Assembly: GCA_019120235.1 (NCBI GenBank)
Contig: DWVN01000145.1
Location: 5,659 to 37,658, forward strand
Reading direction: 5' to 3'
DNA from: Candidatus Dwaynesavagella gallinarum
GTDB taxonomy: Bacteria; Bacillota; Clostridia; Clostridiales; Clostridiaceae
Length of the DNA: 32,000 bases
Shown here: positions 17,464-27,375 of the stretch, piece by piece
How positions within the stretch are numbered: position 1 is the first letter of the stretch
Layout: every line of letters starts with the position of its first letter
Translations under genes and position numbers: made by a program
Notes under the pieces: model-generated
Told to the model about the DNA's origin: nothing
Database searches by the model: none
Seen by the model: only the letters and a program-made list of their open reading frames with translations

Positions 17464-20070
17464 ATGAAATCAAAACAACAAGTTTCAGAAAAAGAAAGTT
17501 CAAATACAAATTTAGTTATTGATTCCCTCATAACAAAAGCTAGAGAAGCTGAAAAAAAATTATTGCAATTAAACCAATCTCAAATAGATAAAATTGTAGA
17601 TGCTATGTGTATTGCTGGTGCTTCTAAAAACATAGAATTAGCTAAGTTTGCTGTTGAAGAAACTGGACGTGGAGTTTTTGAAGATAAAGTTATTAAAAAT
17701 CTATTTGCTACAGAATACATTCATCATGATATAAAACACGTAAAAACTGTTGGAATAATAAATGATGACCATACAAAAGATTACTTTAATGTAGCTGAGC
17801 CTGTTGGAATAATAGCTGGAGTTACTCCTGTAACTAACCCAACTTCTACTGCTATGTTTAAAGCAATTATTTCTATAAAAACTAGAAATCCTATTATTTT
17901 TGCTTTCCACCCTTCTGCTCAAAAATGTAGTGCTGAAGCTGCAAGAATAGTTCGTGATGCTGCAATAAAAGCTGGAGCTCCAGAAGACTGCGTTCAATGG
18001 ATTGAAGAACCATCTTTAGAAGCTACAAATGCTTTAATGAATCACGAAGGAATCTCTTTAATACTTGCAACTGGTGGATCTGGAATGGTTAAGTCTGCTT
18101 ATAGCTGTGGAAAACCAGCACTTGGAGTTGGACCTGGAAATGTTCCTGCGTACTTAGAAAAATCTTGTAATGTAAGAAGAGCTGTATCCGACATAATTAT
18201 TTCAAAAACATTTGATAATGGAATGATTTGTGCTTCTGAGCAAGCTGCTATTGTTGATGAAGAAATTTCAAAAGAATTTGAAGAAGTAATGAAGGAACTT
18301 AATTGTCATTTTTGTTCAAAAGATGAAATTAAAAAACTTGAACAAATGGCATTCCCTCCAGAAAAAAATTCTTGTGCATTAAATCCAAATATAGTTGGTA
18401 AATCTGCAAACTGGATAGCTGAACAAGCTGGATTTACTGTTCCACCTAAAACAAAAATACTTGTTGCTAAAATTAATTCAGTTGGAAATGAATCTCCTTT
18501 ATCTCGTGAAAAATTAAGCCCAGTTCTTGCTTACATTGTTGTTAAAAACTCTGATGAAGGAATTGAAAAAGCTTCTCAAATGGTAGAATTTGGAGGACTT
18601 GGTCACTCTGCAGCAGTTCACTCAAATAATGAAGAAGTTATTAAAAAATTCTCTGAAAAAGTAAAAGCTGGAAGAATAATTGTAAATACTCCATCAACTC
18701 AAGGTGCTATAGGTGATTTATATAACTCAAATAGAGCATCTTTAACTTTAGGATGTGGATCTTATGGTAAAAACTCAATAATTTCTAATGTAACATGTGA
18801 AAATTTAATTAACTTAAAAAGAGTTGCAAGGAGAAAAGTTAATATGCAGTGGTTTAAAATTCCTGAAAAAATATATTTTGAGTGGGGATCTACTTGTTAT
18901 TTAGAGAAAATGCCTAATATATCTAAAGTTATGATAGTTACAGATTCTGGAATGGTTAATTTAGGGTATACTGATATTGTAATAAACCATTTAGAAAGAA
19001 GAATTGACAAGGTTCACTTTGAAATATTCTCAGACGTTGAACCAGATCCATCTGTTGAAACTGTGTTAAGTGGTGTTAAAGCAATGGAAAGATTCAAACC
19101 TGATTGTATTATAGCTCTAGGTGGTGGATCTGCAATTGATGCTGCAAAAGGTATGTGGTTATTCTATGAACACCCTAATACAAATTTTGATGATATAAAA
19201 TTAAAGTTTGTTGATATAAGAAAGAGAACTTACAAATTCCCTAAATTAGGACAAAAAGCAAAATTAGTTGCAATTCCTACAACTTCTGGAACAGGTTCTG
19301 AGGTTACAGCATTTTCTGTTATAACTGATAAAGTTAAAAATGTTAAATATCCTTTAGCTGATTATGAGTTAACTCCAGATGTTGCAATAATAGATCCTCA
19401 ATATGTAATGAGTCTTCCAAAAGCTGTAACAGCAGATACTGGACTTGATGTTTTAACTCACGCAATTGAAGCTTATGTTTCAATACTTGCTTCTGACTAT
19501 ACAGATGCCCTTGCAATGAAAGCAATTCAATTAGTATTTGAATATTTACCAAGAGCATTTAAAAATGGAAGTAATGATAAGGTTGCAAGAGAAAAAATGC
19601 ATAATGCATCAGCTATAGCTGGTATGGCATTTACAAATGCATTCTTAGGTATAAACCACTCTCTTGCTCACAAACTTGGAGGAGAATTCCATATACCTCA
19701 CGGACGTGCTAACGCTATACTTCTTCCTCATGTAATTAAGTTTAACTCTGAAACTCCAACTAAGCTTCCATCATTCCCTAAATATGAGAAATTTATTGCT
19801 CATGAAAAATATGCAGAAATTGCTAGAACTCTTGGTCTTAAAGCTTCAACTACAGAAGAAGGAGTTAATAGCTTAATTGACGCTGTTAAGAAGTTAATGT
19901 CTGAACTTGAAATGCCTTCAAAAGTTTCTGAGTGTGGAATATCAAAAGAAGAATATATGAACAAAATCAATGAACTTGCTGTAAAAGCATTTGATGATCA
20001 ATGTACTGGTGCAAACCCAAGATACCCACTTGTTGAAGAATTATTAGAAATTTACAAAGCTATATATTAA
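17464..20070 (+). CDS. adhE: Bifunctional acetaldehyde/alcohol dehydrogenase
   Basis: N-terminal CoA-acylating aldehyde dehydrogenase (PVGIIAGVTPVTNPTSTAMFK, NGMICASEQAAI) fused to an iron alcohol dehydrogenase (ALGGGSAIDAAKGMW, IPTTSGTGSEVTAFSVI, NHSLAHKLGGEFHIPHGRANA). Start taken as ATG 17464 after GGAGG; the track start is TTG 17452. Confidence 0.97.
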   Translation: MKSKQQVSEKESSNTNLVIDSLITKAREAEKKLLQLNQSQIDKIVDAMCIAGASKNIELAKFAVEETGRGVFEDKVIKNLFATEYIHHDIKHVKTVGIINDDHTKDYFNVAEPVGIIAGVTPVTNPTSTAMFKAIISIKTRNPIIFAFHPSAQKCSAEAARIVRDAAIKAGAPEDCVQWIEEPSLEATNALMNHEGISLILATGGSGMVKSAYSCGKPALGVGPGNVPAYLEKSCNVRRAVSDIIISKTFDNGMICASEQAAIVDEEISKEFEEVMKELNCHFCSKDEIKKLEQMAFPPEKNSCALNPNIVGKSANWIAEQAGFTVPPKTKILVAKINSVGNESPLSREKLSPVLAYIVVKNSDEGIEKASQMVEFGGLGHSAAVHSNNEEVIKKFSEKVKAGRIIVNTPSTQGAIGDLYNSNRASLTLGCGSYGKNSIISNVTCENLINLKRVARRKVNMQWFKIPEKIYFEWGSTCYLEKMPNISKVMIVTDSGMVNLGYTDIVINHLERRIDKVHFEIFSDVEPDPSVETVLSGVKAMERFKPDCIIALGGGSAIDAAKGMWLFYEHPNTNFDDIKLKFVDIRKRTYKFPKLGQKAKLVAIPTTSGTGSEVTAFSVITDKVKNVKYPLADYELTPDVAIIDPQYVMSLPKAVTADTGLDVLTHAIEAYVSILASDYTDALAMKAIQLVFEYLPRAFKNGSNDKVAREKMHNASAIAGMAFTNAFLGINHSLAHKLGGEFHIPHGRANAILLPHVIKFNSETPTKLPSFPKYEKFIAHEKYAEIARTLGLKASTTEEGVNSLIDAVKKLMSELEMPSKVSECGISKEEYMNKINELAVKAFDDQCTGANPRYPLVEELLEIYKAIY

Positions 20071-20108
20071 AAAAATAGAGTGCAAAATTTTTGCACTCTA
20101 TTTTTTTT
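20071..20108. terminator. Bidirectional rho-independent terminator
   Basis: AATAGAGTGCAA...TTGCACTCTATTTTTTTT between convergent adhE and the methyltransferase gene. Confidence 0.88.
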
Positions 20109-20733
20109 CACAAACTATAACATAAAATTTTCTACTTTTACTCTCTGTTAAAACCTTCATCCATTTACTTTGAAAAGATAATTTATCTTTTGAAATATAC
20201 TCTATACTTTCTACTTCAATTCCATATTTATTATATGTTGGAATAAAAACCTCTTTAAAATAACTCTCATTTAATTCAGGAAGCTCTCTCTTTTCTATTT
20301 CATTTTTTTCAAATTTTTCATCATAAGAAAAGCATATATTTATTTTACATTCTGGTTTTGAAAGCTTAGAAATCCCCTCTATAATTTTTAATTCTTCCTT
20401 AAAAATTCCTTGAAGTAAACTTCCCCAAGGAAGATTTATGTAAATTTCTGAAAATTTATTATATAAAACCTCATGTAAATTTTGAGCATTCATAACAACA
20501 TACATTAAATTATCAATTTTATTTTTATACTGCTTAACTCCATATTTTTTCATAGAATCTCTACATGAATCAAGTCCTATATAAAAACAATCTTTATTTT
20601 CTAAAGCATTAAAGTAAACAAATCCTCCTTGACCTGTCCCTAGATCAATTACACACTTACTATATTTACTTATTTTACTTAAAAATTCTTCATCACTAAT
20701 TTCTATTTCTTTACTACTTTTAAGTATTTTCAC
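20098..20733 (-). CDS. 16S rRNA (A1408) methyltransferase-like SAM-dependent enzyme of the KamB/NpmA family
   Basis: VIDLGTGQGGF (SAM motif I), YIGLDSCRDSM, FSEIYINLPWGSLLQGIFKEE (hallmark PWGSLL), FQSKWMKVLTESKSRKFYVIVC (conserved W...K/R C-terminal region). GTG start after GAGGTG. Reads minus; the track says '+'. Confidence 0.75.
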   Translation of the reverse strand: MKILKSSKEIEISDEEFLSKISKYSKCVIDLGTGQGGFVYFNALENKDCFYIGLDSCRDSMKKYGVKQYKNKIDNLMYVVMNAQNLHEVLYNKFSEIYINLPWGSLLQGIFKEELKIIEGISKLSKPECKINICFSYDEKFEKNEIEKRELPELNESYFKEVFIPTYNKYGIEVESIEYISKDKLSFQSKWMKVLTESKSRKFYVIVCEKK

Positions 20734-20752
20734 AAATTCACCTCAATAAAAT

Positions 20753-20783
20753 AAGGATAATTTAAAACTTTTAAATTATCCTT
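20753..20783 (-). terminator. Hairpin/terminator between abgT-like gene and the methyltransferase gene
   Basis: 13-bp perfect stem AAGGATAATTTAA (20753-20765) / TTAAATTATCCTT (20771-20783). Minus strand continues ATTTTATT. Confidence 0.6.
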
Positions 20784-20797
20784 AAACTTAATATTTT

Positions 20798-22396
20798 CTA
20801 CATAAAAATAAATGCACCAGGTCCTAAAGGTAATTTTAAAACCATCCAAACAATCAATAACAATACCCATGAAATTAAGAAAACTATTGAATATGGAAGC
20901 ATTAAAGAAATAAGAGTTCCAATTCCACTCTTTGGATCATATTTCTTAACAAGCATTGCTATTATAGGAAAATATGGTAAAAGTGGAGTTATTATATTAC
21001 TTGTAGAATCACCTATTCTATAAGCTATTTGTGTAAATTCTGGTGTAAATCCTAATCTCATAAATAATGGAACAAATATTGGTGCCATTATAGCCCATTT
21101 TGCTGATGCACTTCCTATAAATAAGTTTATAAAAGCAACTATTATTATGAATGCAAGTATTAGAGGAATTCCAACAAAACCAATATTTTCTAAGAAATCC
21201 GCACCTTTTACTGCAATTATTGTAGCTATTTTACTTTGCTCAAATAGTTTTATAAATTGAGAAGCAAAGAATGCTAAAACTAAATATCCTCCCATTGTAG
21301 ACATAGACTTTGTCATAGATTTTACTACATCTGAATCATTTTTAATTTTTCCTGACCCAATTCCAAAAGCCACACCTGGCACAAAAAAACCAAGTGAAAG
21401 AATAACAACTATACCATCTATAAATGGAGATTTAACAATAATTGAATCTGTTTCTGGATTTCTAAGCATTCCTCCAGGAAGAAGTCCAATTATAATTATT
21501 AGAACATAAATAAATAAAGAAATTCCAGCCCATAAAAGTCCTTTTTTCTCTTCTTTTGTAAATTTAAAAGCACTTTCATCTTCAATTTCAACTTGATCTA
21601 CTAAATTATCACCATTTTTTCTATTTAATCTTGGTAATATTATACATTCAGTTACAAGAGTACCAACTATAGTTATTAAAAATGTAGAAACAACCATAAA
21701 ATAGTAGTTACTTGTTGGATTAACAACATATGTTGGATCAATAATATTTGCAGCTGATTGACTAAGACCACTTAATAAAGGATCTATTGTTCCTATAAGT
21801 AAGTTTGCTGAAAATCCTCCAGAAACTCCAGCAAAAGCTGCAGCAATACCGGCTATTGGATTCATTCCAAAACTCTTAAATATTATAGCACCCAGTGGTA
21901 CTAAAACAACATATCCGGCATCAGAAGCTATATTTGATAAAACTCCTAAAAGCACAACAACAACAGTTATAAGTCTTTTTGGAGTACTTAAAATAAGCTT
22001 CTTTATTAAAGCATCTATTAACCCTGTTCCTTCAGCAACTCCAACACCAAGCATTGAAACTAAAACAACACCAAGTGGGGCAAAGCTCGTGAAGTTACTA
22101 ACAATATTTTTCAAAAATTCTGCCATGGAACTTTTAGTTAATAAATTAACAGCATCTACTTTAACAACTTCAGAAACTCCATCTTTTACGGTTTCATACT
22201 CTGCGCTGACACCAGCGTTACCTAAAATAAAAGATGCAATTATGGTTAATATACTTAATAAAACAAACAATGTTACAGGATCAGGTAACTTATTACCAAT
22301 CTTTTCAATAAAATTGAGACTTTTATTAAGTATACCAACTTTTTTGACTGCATTTGTACTTCTTAATCTTTTACTTCTTTTTTCAGCCAAAACCAT
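20798..22396 (-). CDS. AbgT family transporter (p-aminobenzoyl-glutamate/antimetabolite transporter family)
   Basis: NFIEKIGNKLPDPVTLFVLLSILTIIASFIL, GAGVAEGTGLIDALI-type region, SAKWAIMAPIFVPLFMRLGFTPEFTQIAYRIGDSTSNIITPLLPYFPII. Reads minus; the track says '+'. Confidence 0.9.
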   Translation of the reverse strand: MVLAEKRSKRLRSTNAVKKVGILNKSLNFIEKIGNKLPDPVTLFVLLSILTIIASFILGNAGVSAEYETVKDGVSEVVKVDAVNLLTKSSMAEFLKNIVSNFTSFAPLGVVLVSMLGVGVAEGTGLIDALIKKLILSTPKRLITVVVVLLGVLSNIASDAGYVVLVPLGAIIFKSFGMNPIAGIAAAFAGVSGGFSANLLIGTIDPLLSGLSQSAANIIDPTYVVNPTSNYYFMVVSTFLITIVGTLVTECIILPRLNRKNGDNLVDQVEIEDESAFKFTKEEKKGLLWAGISLFIYVLIIIIGLLPGGMLRNPETDSIIVKSPFIDGIVVILSLGFFVPGVAFGIGSGKIKNDSDVVKSMTKSMSTMGGYLVLAFFASQFIKLFEQSKIATIIAVKGADFLENIGFVGIPLILAFIIIVAFINLFIGSASAKWAIMAPIFVPLFMRLGFTPEFTQIAYRIGDSTSNIITPLLPYFPIIAMLVKKYDPKSGIGTLISLMLPYSIVFLISWVLLLIVWMVLKLPLGPGAFIFM

Positions 22397-22539
22397 TAAC
22401 TCCTTTCATTTTCAAAATATTTAAAATATAATTATTATATTATTTTAATATTTAAATAACAATTATGCAACATTATTGTATATATTTCAATAAAAAAAAC
22501 ATTTTTTTATCATAATTATAAATTGGAGATGAATTTAAA

Positions 22540-23367
22540 ATGAAAAATATTAAATTATGTGTTTTTGATCTTGATGGGACACTGTTAAATTCAAATAAAA
22601 AGATAACACAAGAAACTTTATTAGCTGTTAAAAATTTATCTAATTATAATATTAAATATACAATTGCAACAGGAAGAATTGATATTTTAGCAAGAAAATA
22701 CCAACGTGAAATATGTTCAGATTTACCAATAATTTCATGTAATGGATCAATTATAAGAGATCTTTCAAATAAAATTTACTACATGAAAACTCTAGATTTT
22801 GAAACTGTAAAAAATATTTTTAATTATTTTAAATCATTAGAATTAAATTTCTTATTTTACACAGAAAACTCAATTTTAGTTACAAAAAACAATCCTCGTA
22901 TTGAGTTTTTGAAAAATTATAACAAAACAGCAAATAAAAATGATCAATTTAATTTTGAAATTATGGACGATGACATAAATAAATATTCAAATTTAAAATT
23001 TCTAAAATCTCTAGCCCACATAGAAAATCGACCTAAACTTTTAGAAATTCAATCTATCTTAAATAAAGATTTTAAAAATTTATCAATCGTATCTTCTGAT
23101 TATGAATTATTAGATTTAATGCCTTCAGGTATAAATAAAGGAACTGCTCTTTCTATTCTTTGTGACATTTTAAATATAGAAAGTGAGAATGTTTGCGTTT
23201 TTGGAGATAATTTTAATGACATAGAAATGATAAATTTTGCTGGAACCTCTATAGTCCCTGAAAATGGAGAAAATGATGTGAAAAAACTTGCAACACATAT
23301 TACAAAAACAAACGACGAAGAAGGGATTTCATATGCAATAAATAACATAATATTAAAAAATGTGTAG
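22540..23367 (+). CDS. HAD-superfamily (Cof-type, IIB) phosphatase
   Basis: LCVFDLDGTLLNSNKKI, IATGRI, NGSIIRD, NKGTALSILCDIL, VFGDNFNDIEMI. Confidence 0.9.
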   Translation: MKNIKLCVFDLDGTLLNSNKKITQETLLAVKNLSNYNIKYTIATGRIDILARKYQREICSDLPIISCNGSIIRDLSNKIYYMKTLDFETVKNIFNYFKSLELNFLFYTENSILVTKNNPRIEFLKNYNKTANKNDQFNFEIMDDDINKYSNLKFLKSLAHIENRPKLLEIQSILNKDFKNLSIVSSDYELLDLMPSGINKGTALSILCDILNIESENVCVFGDNFNDIEMINFAGTSIVPENGENDVKKLATHITKTNDEEGISYAINNIILKNV

Positions 23368-23388
23368 AAATTTAATTCTACACATTTT
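23357..23388. terminator. Bidirectional rho-independent terminator
   Basis: 13-bp stem AAAATGTGTAGAA (23357-23369) / TTCTACACATTTT (23376-23388); overlaps the HAD stop codon and lies 3' of glmM. Confidence 0.85.
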
Positions 23389-24729
23389 CTATAATTTATT
23401 TTTAATAGCATTTGATATTTCATTTGCAATATTTTCAATAATATTTTTATCTTTACCTTCTACCATAATTCTAATTAAATCTTCTGTACCAGATTCTCTA
23501 ACTAAAATCCTTCCATTATCTAAAAGCTCATTTTCACATTTTTCAATTAACTCAACTATTTCTTTATCTTCTTTATAAATGTTTTTCTTACCCTCACTAA
23601 CATTTACATTTAACAAAACTTGTGGAAACTCTTCTATACATGATGCTAAATCCTTTAAAGTTTTCCCTTTTTCTTTTACAATTTTACTAAGTATAAGAGA
23701 AGTTAAAATTCCATCTCCTGTTTTATTATCAAGTAAAATTATATGTCCTGATTGTTCTCCTCCTACAACATAATTATTTTCATTCATATTCTGAAAAACA
23801 TACTTATCTCCAACACAAACTTCAGAAATGTCTATACCATATTTATTTAATGATTTGTGCAATCCAATATTACTCATAACTGTTGCTACAACTGTATTTT
23901 TATTTAAAATACCCTTTTCTTTAAAATAAATTGATATTATTCCCATTATAAAATCACCATTTATAATGTTTCCCTCGTGATCAACAGCTAAACATCTATC
24001 AGCATCCCCATCATATGCAAAACCAAAATCACAATTATTTTCTACAACAAAATTACAAATTTCCTTCATACTTGTAGAGCCACAATTATTATTTATATTA
24101 GTTCCATTTGGGTTATTATTTATAATTAATACCTCTGCTCCTGTATCTTTAAATACCTTTTCAGCAATCATATATGCTGCTCCATTTGCACAATCTATAG
24201 CTATTTTTAAACCATTAAGACTTGTATCTAAAGAATTTAATAAAAATTTCCTATAATCATCTATCATATGTTCTGAATATTCAATTTTCCCAATTTGTGA
24301 ATTTTTACTCTCAAATCCATTTATATTTTCAAAGTATAAATCTTCTATTTTTTCTTCTAACTCATCACTTAATTTTACTCCATTATGATCAAAAAACTTT
24401 ATTCCATTATATTCATAAGGATTATGCGAAGCTGAAATCATAACTCCACCTATTAAGTTATACTTAGTTATTAAATATCCTATGGCAGGTGTTGGTATAT
24501 AAGATACTTTTATAACATCAATACCACATGATGCAATACCCGAGCATATACTATTTTCAAGCATAGGACTTGAAATTCTTGTATCCATACCAACTATAAT
24601 TTTTTTGTTATTTGTTGAATTATTAGATAGAATATGCGCTCCACATTTTCCTATTAAATACGCAAATTCACCTGTTAATTTTACATTTGCAATTCCTCTA
24701 ATACCATCTGTTCCAAATAACTTTCCCAT
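23389..24729 (-). CDS. glmM: Phosphoglucosamine mutase
   Basis: MGKLFGTDGIRGIANVKLT, GGVMISASHNPYEYNGIKFF, FAYDGDADRCLAVD, GEQSGHIIL, VRESGTEDLIRIMVEG. Confidence 0.96.
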   Translation of the reverse strand: MGKLFGTDGIRGIANVKLTGEFAYLIGKCGAHILSNNSTNNKKIIVGMDTRISSPMLENSICSGIASCGIDVIKVSYIPTPAIGYLITKYNLIGGVMISASHNPYEYNGIKFFDHNGVKLSDELEEKIEDLYFENINGFESKNSQIGKIEYSEHMIDDYRKFLLNSLDTSLNGLKIAIDCANGAAYMIAEKVFKDTGAEVLIINNNPNGTNINNNCGSTSMKEICNFVVENNCDFGFAYDGDADRCLAVDHEGNIINGDFIMGIISIYFKEKGILNKNTVVATVMSNIGLHKSLNKYGIDISEVCVGDKYVFQNMNENNYVVGGEQSGHIILLDNKTGDGILTSLILSKIVKEKGKTLKDLASCIEEFPQVLLNVNVSEGKKNIYKEDKEIVELIEKCENELLDNGRILVRESGTEDLIRIMVEGKDKNIIENIANEISNAIKNKL

Positions 24730-24742
24730 TATTTATACTCCT

Positions 24743-25288
24743 TTATAAAAAATCATATCCAGCTTCAAAAGCTTTTTCATTATCATCAAAATTAAATTTT
24801 TTATTCAAATGTCTCTTAAGAGAATTAATAACAGAACCTCTAGAAATAACTTTTATTATTTTAGTTAATGAACCAAGCATTACAATATTTCCAAAAACTT
24901 TTTCAGAAATACCTTTAGCAATACTTTGAATTGGTACATCAAAATATTTAACATCTTTTCTCAAATGATTATTTCTAACTATATCTGAATTAACAAATAT
25001 AAAACCATTACTCAAAACTCTACTTTCATATTTAAGTAGTGATGGATAATTCATAGCAACCATATATTTAGGTCTAGAAACAATTGGAGAAGAAATTTTC
25101 TTATTACTTATTACAACAGAACAACTAGCAGTTCCTCCTCTCATTTCTGGTCCATAAGATGGAAACCATGTAACATTTAATCCACTTTCAATTGCAGCAT
25201 AAGATAAAATTTTTGAAATAAATAAGATTCCTTGTCCACCAAATCCTGAAAACAATACATCTAAATTCAAACTAGTATACCTCCACAA
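24743..25288 (-). CDS. 2-oxoacid:ferredoxin oxidoreductase, gamma subunit
   Basis: LFSGFGGQGILFISKILSYAA...TWFPSYGPEMRGGTASCSVVIS is the typical KorC/VorA-type gamma subunit. Confidence 0.9.
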   Translation of the reverse strand: MWRYTSLNLDVLFSGFGGQGILFISKILSYAAIESGLNVTWFPSYGPEMRGGTASCSVVISNKKISSPIVSRPKYMVAMNYPSLLKYESRVLSNGFIFVNSDIVRNNHLRKDVKYFDVPIQSIAKGISEKVFGNIVMLGSLTKIIKVISRGSVINSLKRHLNKKFNFDDNEKAFEAGYDFL

Positions 25289-25290
25289 AC

Positions 25291-26022
25291 TTAATCCTTA
25301 AATACCTTTAATTCAAACTCCTTAACCATATTTTCCTCAACCCATTTTAAAGAATCATAAATATTTTTTCTCCAATTTGTTGGACATATAGAAAGAATTT
25401 CAACAAAAGAAAAACCTTCACCATTTTTTACATATTCAAATGCTTTCTTTATTGCTTTTTTCGCTTTCATAACTTCACGAACATTGTGAGTTGAAACCCT
25501 TTCTAAATATCTAATTCCTTCAATAGTTTCTAATAATTCACAAACTTTCACAGGAGGACCATGAGAATCAACTTCTCTTCCATAAGGAGTTGTTTCAGTT
25601 ATCTGTCCCTTCAAAGTAGTAGGCGCCATTTGCCCACCAGTCATTCCATAAGTACAATTATTTATAAAAATTACTACTATATTTTCCCCTCTCAGTGCTG
25701 CATGTATAATTTCTGACATACCTATAGCTGCTAAATCCCCATCTCCTTGATAAGTAAATACAACCCTATCTTTTAAAAGTCTTGACACTGCAGTAGCAAC
25801 GGCTGGAGCTCTTCCATGAGAAGCACTTATAAAATCACAATTTAAATAATCATACATAAGAACTGAACATCCAACAGAAGCAATTCCAATAGATTTATTT
25901 AGTATATTTAACTCCTCTAAAACCTCACCTATTATATTATTTATTATTCCATGAGTACATCCTGGACAATAGTGATTCTTAACATCAATAATAGCTTCAG
26001 ATGGTTTAAATTTTATATTCAT
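25291..26022 (-). CDS. 2-oxoacid:ferredoxin oxidoreductase, TPP-binding beta subunit
   Basis: YCPGCTHGIINNIIGE...GRAPAVATAVSR...TYQGDGDLAAIGMSEIIHAALRGENIVVIFINNCTYGMTGGQMAPTT. Confidence 0.93.
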   Translation of the reverse strand: MNIKFKPSEAIIDVKNHYCPGCTHGIINNIIGEVLEELNILNKSIGIASVGCSVLMYDYLNCDFISASHGRAPAVATAVSRLLKDRVVFTYQGDGDLAAIGMSEIIHAALRGENIVVIFINNCTYGMTGGQMAPTTLKGQITETTPYGREVDSHGPPVKVCELLETIEGIRYLERVSTHNVREVMKAKKAIKKAFEYVKNGEGFSFVEILSICPTNWRKNIYDSLKWVEENMVKEFELKVFKD

Positions 26023-27106
26023 GCTTATCTCCTTTAATAATTTTTCTAATATCTTCTACTATAGTTTCACAGTCAATAACGTTTCCATACACCTCTGCAC
26101 AAGAATACACTTTATTTTCACTAGAACAACCTAAAATTACATCTTCAACCATTTGTCCAAAATTCATTTCTACACATAAAAACCCATATTTTGTATTATG
26201 AGTATATTTTTTTATTTCATCATAAGGAAATGGCCAAATAGTTATAGGTCTCAATATACCTACACATATATTTTCATCCTTAAGAATATCCCTTACTTTT
26301 TCACATATTCTAGATATTATTCCAAAACATACTAATATAATATCAACTTCTTGTTCTAATCCTAATACTTCGCAACTAACTTCATTGATTTTCATTAAAT
26401 TATACTTTTCATTTAATTTTTTCATATGATTTTTAACTTCTTCATTATCTAAATACAATGAACGTATAACATTTCTATATTCTCTATCTACTACACCATT
26501 TGCACTCCAAGGCTTTAATTTTCTTATATCTTCAAAAGAATCGTAAATAGTATCACTTTTTTCATCTACCTCTATAGACTCCATCATCTGCCCTAAAGTT
26601 CCATCTAAAAAAATAACCACAGGATTCCTGTACTTGTCTGCCAATTCAAATGCTTTAATTGTTAAATCATAAATTTCTTGTACACTATTTGGAGCTAAAA
26701 CTATTACTTTAAATCCTCCATGACCAAGTGCTCTAGTTACAACAAAATAATCCTGTTGAGATGGTTGAATACCTCCAAGACCAGGACCTAATCTGCAAAC
26801 ATTAACTATAACACATGGTAACTCTGCACCTGCCATATATGAAATTCCTTCAGCTTTTAAGCTCATTCCCGGACTTGAAGTAGAAGTCATAGTACGAAAT
26901 CCTGCACTGGCTGCTCCATAAACCATATTAATAGCAGAAATTTCACTCTCTGCTTGAATAATTAGTCTTCCACATTCCGGCATCCTCTTTGACAAATGTG
27001 CAACTATCTCTGTTTGCGGAGTTATAGGATACCCAAAAAAAGCATGACACCCTGCTTTAATAGCCGCTTCTCCTAAAGCTTCACATCCTTTAATTAATAT
27101 CTTCAA
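26006..27106 (-). CDS. 2-oxoacid:ferredoxin oxidoreductase, alpha subunit (VorB-like)
   Basis: GNEALGEAA-like start (KGCEALGEAAIKAGCHAFFGYPITPQTEI), TMTSTSSPGMSLKAEGISYMAGAELPCVIVNVCRLGPGLGGIQPSQQDYF. Confidence 0.92.
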   Translation of the reverse strand: MKILIKGCEALGEAAIKAGCHAFFGYPITPQTEIVAHLSKRMPECGRLIIQAESEISAINMVYGAASAGFRTMTSTSSPGMSLKAEGISYMAGAELPCVIVNVCRLGPGLGGIQPSQQDYFVVTRALGHGGFKVIVLAPNSVQEIYDLTIKAFELADKYRNPVVIFLDGTLGQMMESIEVDEKSDTIYDSFEDIRKLKPWSANGVVDREYRNVIRSLYLDNEEVKNHMKKLNEKYNLMKINEVSCEVLGLEQEVDIILVCFGIISRICEKVRDILKDENICVGILRPITIWPFPYDEIKKYTHNTKYGFLCVEMNFGQMVEDVILGCSSENKVYSCAEVYGNVIDCETIVEDIRKIIKGDKHEYKI

Positions 27107-27110
27107 TTAT

Positions 27111-27356
27111 CTATTCTCCTTTATTTTCAACTATAGTTATAACAGAATCTGGACACATTCTAAAACAAAACCCACATCCTATACAATCTTTTTCCTTATG
27201 ATGTACTATTTGAGCAACATAATGCCCTGAATCATTTAATTTACTAGACATAGAAATTATTTTTTTCGGACAAACCGTCTCACATAGTGTACATCCCTTA
27301 CATCGTTCTTCCCTAAATATAACCTTATATATAAATATCACTTCTTCCTTAAACAT
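27111..27356 (-). CDS. 4Fe-4S ferredoxin-type delta subunit of the 2-oxoacid:ferredoxin oxidoreductase
   Basis: ERCKGCTLCETVCPKKI...KDCIGCGFCFRMCPDSVI: two 4Fe-4S motifs. Reads minus; the track says '+'. Confidence 0.9.
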   Translation of the reverse strand: MFKEEVIFIYKVIFREERCKGCTLCETVCPKKIISMSSKLNDSGHYVAQIVHHKEKDCIGCGFCFRMCPDSVITIVENKGE

Positions 27357-27375
27357 TTAATTAAATTTATAATTA

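Noticed and set aside
17701-19558. ORFs 17701..17997 and 19343..19558 within adhE
   Set aside because: Cys/Tyr/Ser-rich or Leu/Gln-rich shadow ORFs in a highly conserved enzyme gene.
20098-22396. Considered a dedicated antibiotic/antimetabolite resistance operon (methyltransferase plus AbgT transporter)
   Set aside because: They are co-oriented, but a 13-bp stem hairpin separates them and AbgT-family transporters are common housekeeping genes. Linkage alone does not support a joint function.
22089-24443. ORFs 22089..22424, 23100..23438, 23360..23578, 23579..23773 and 24222..24443
   Set aside because: Overlap the abgT-like, HAD or glmM genes in other frames or strands, with no recognisable domain.
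5735-27356. ORF track '+' labels for 5735..6184, 7375..8595, 8929..17187, 20098..20733, 20798..22396 and 27111..27356
   Set aside because: The given proteins read only from the minus strand (CAT start complement at the high coordinate, stop at the low coordinate). They are annotated here as '-'.
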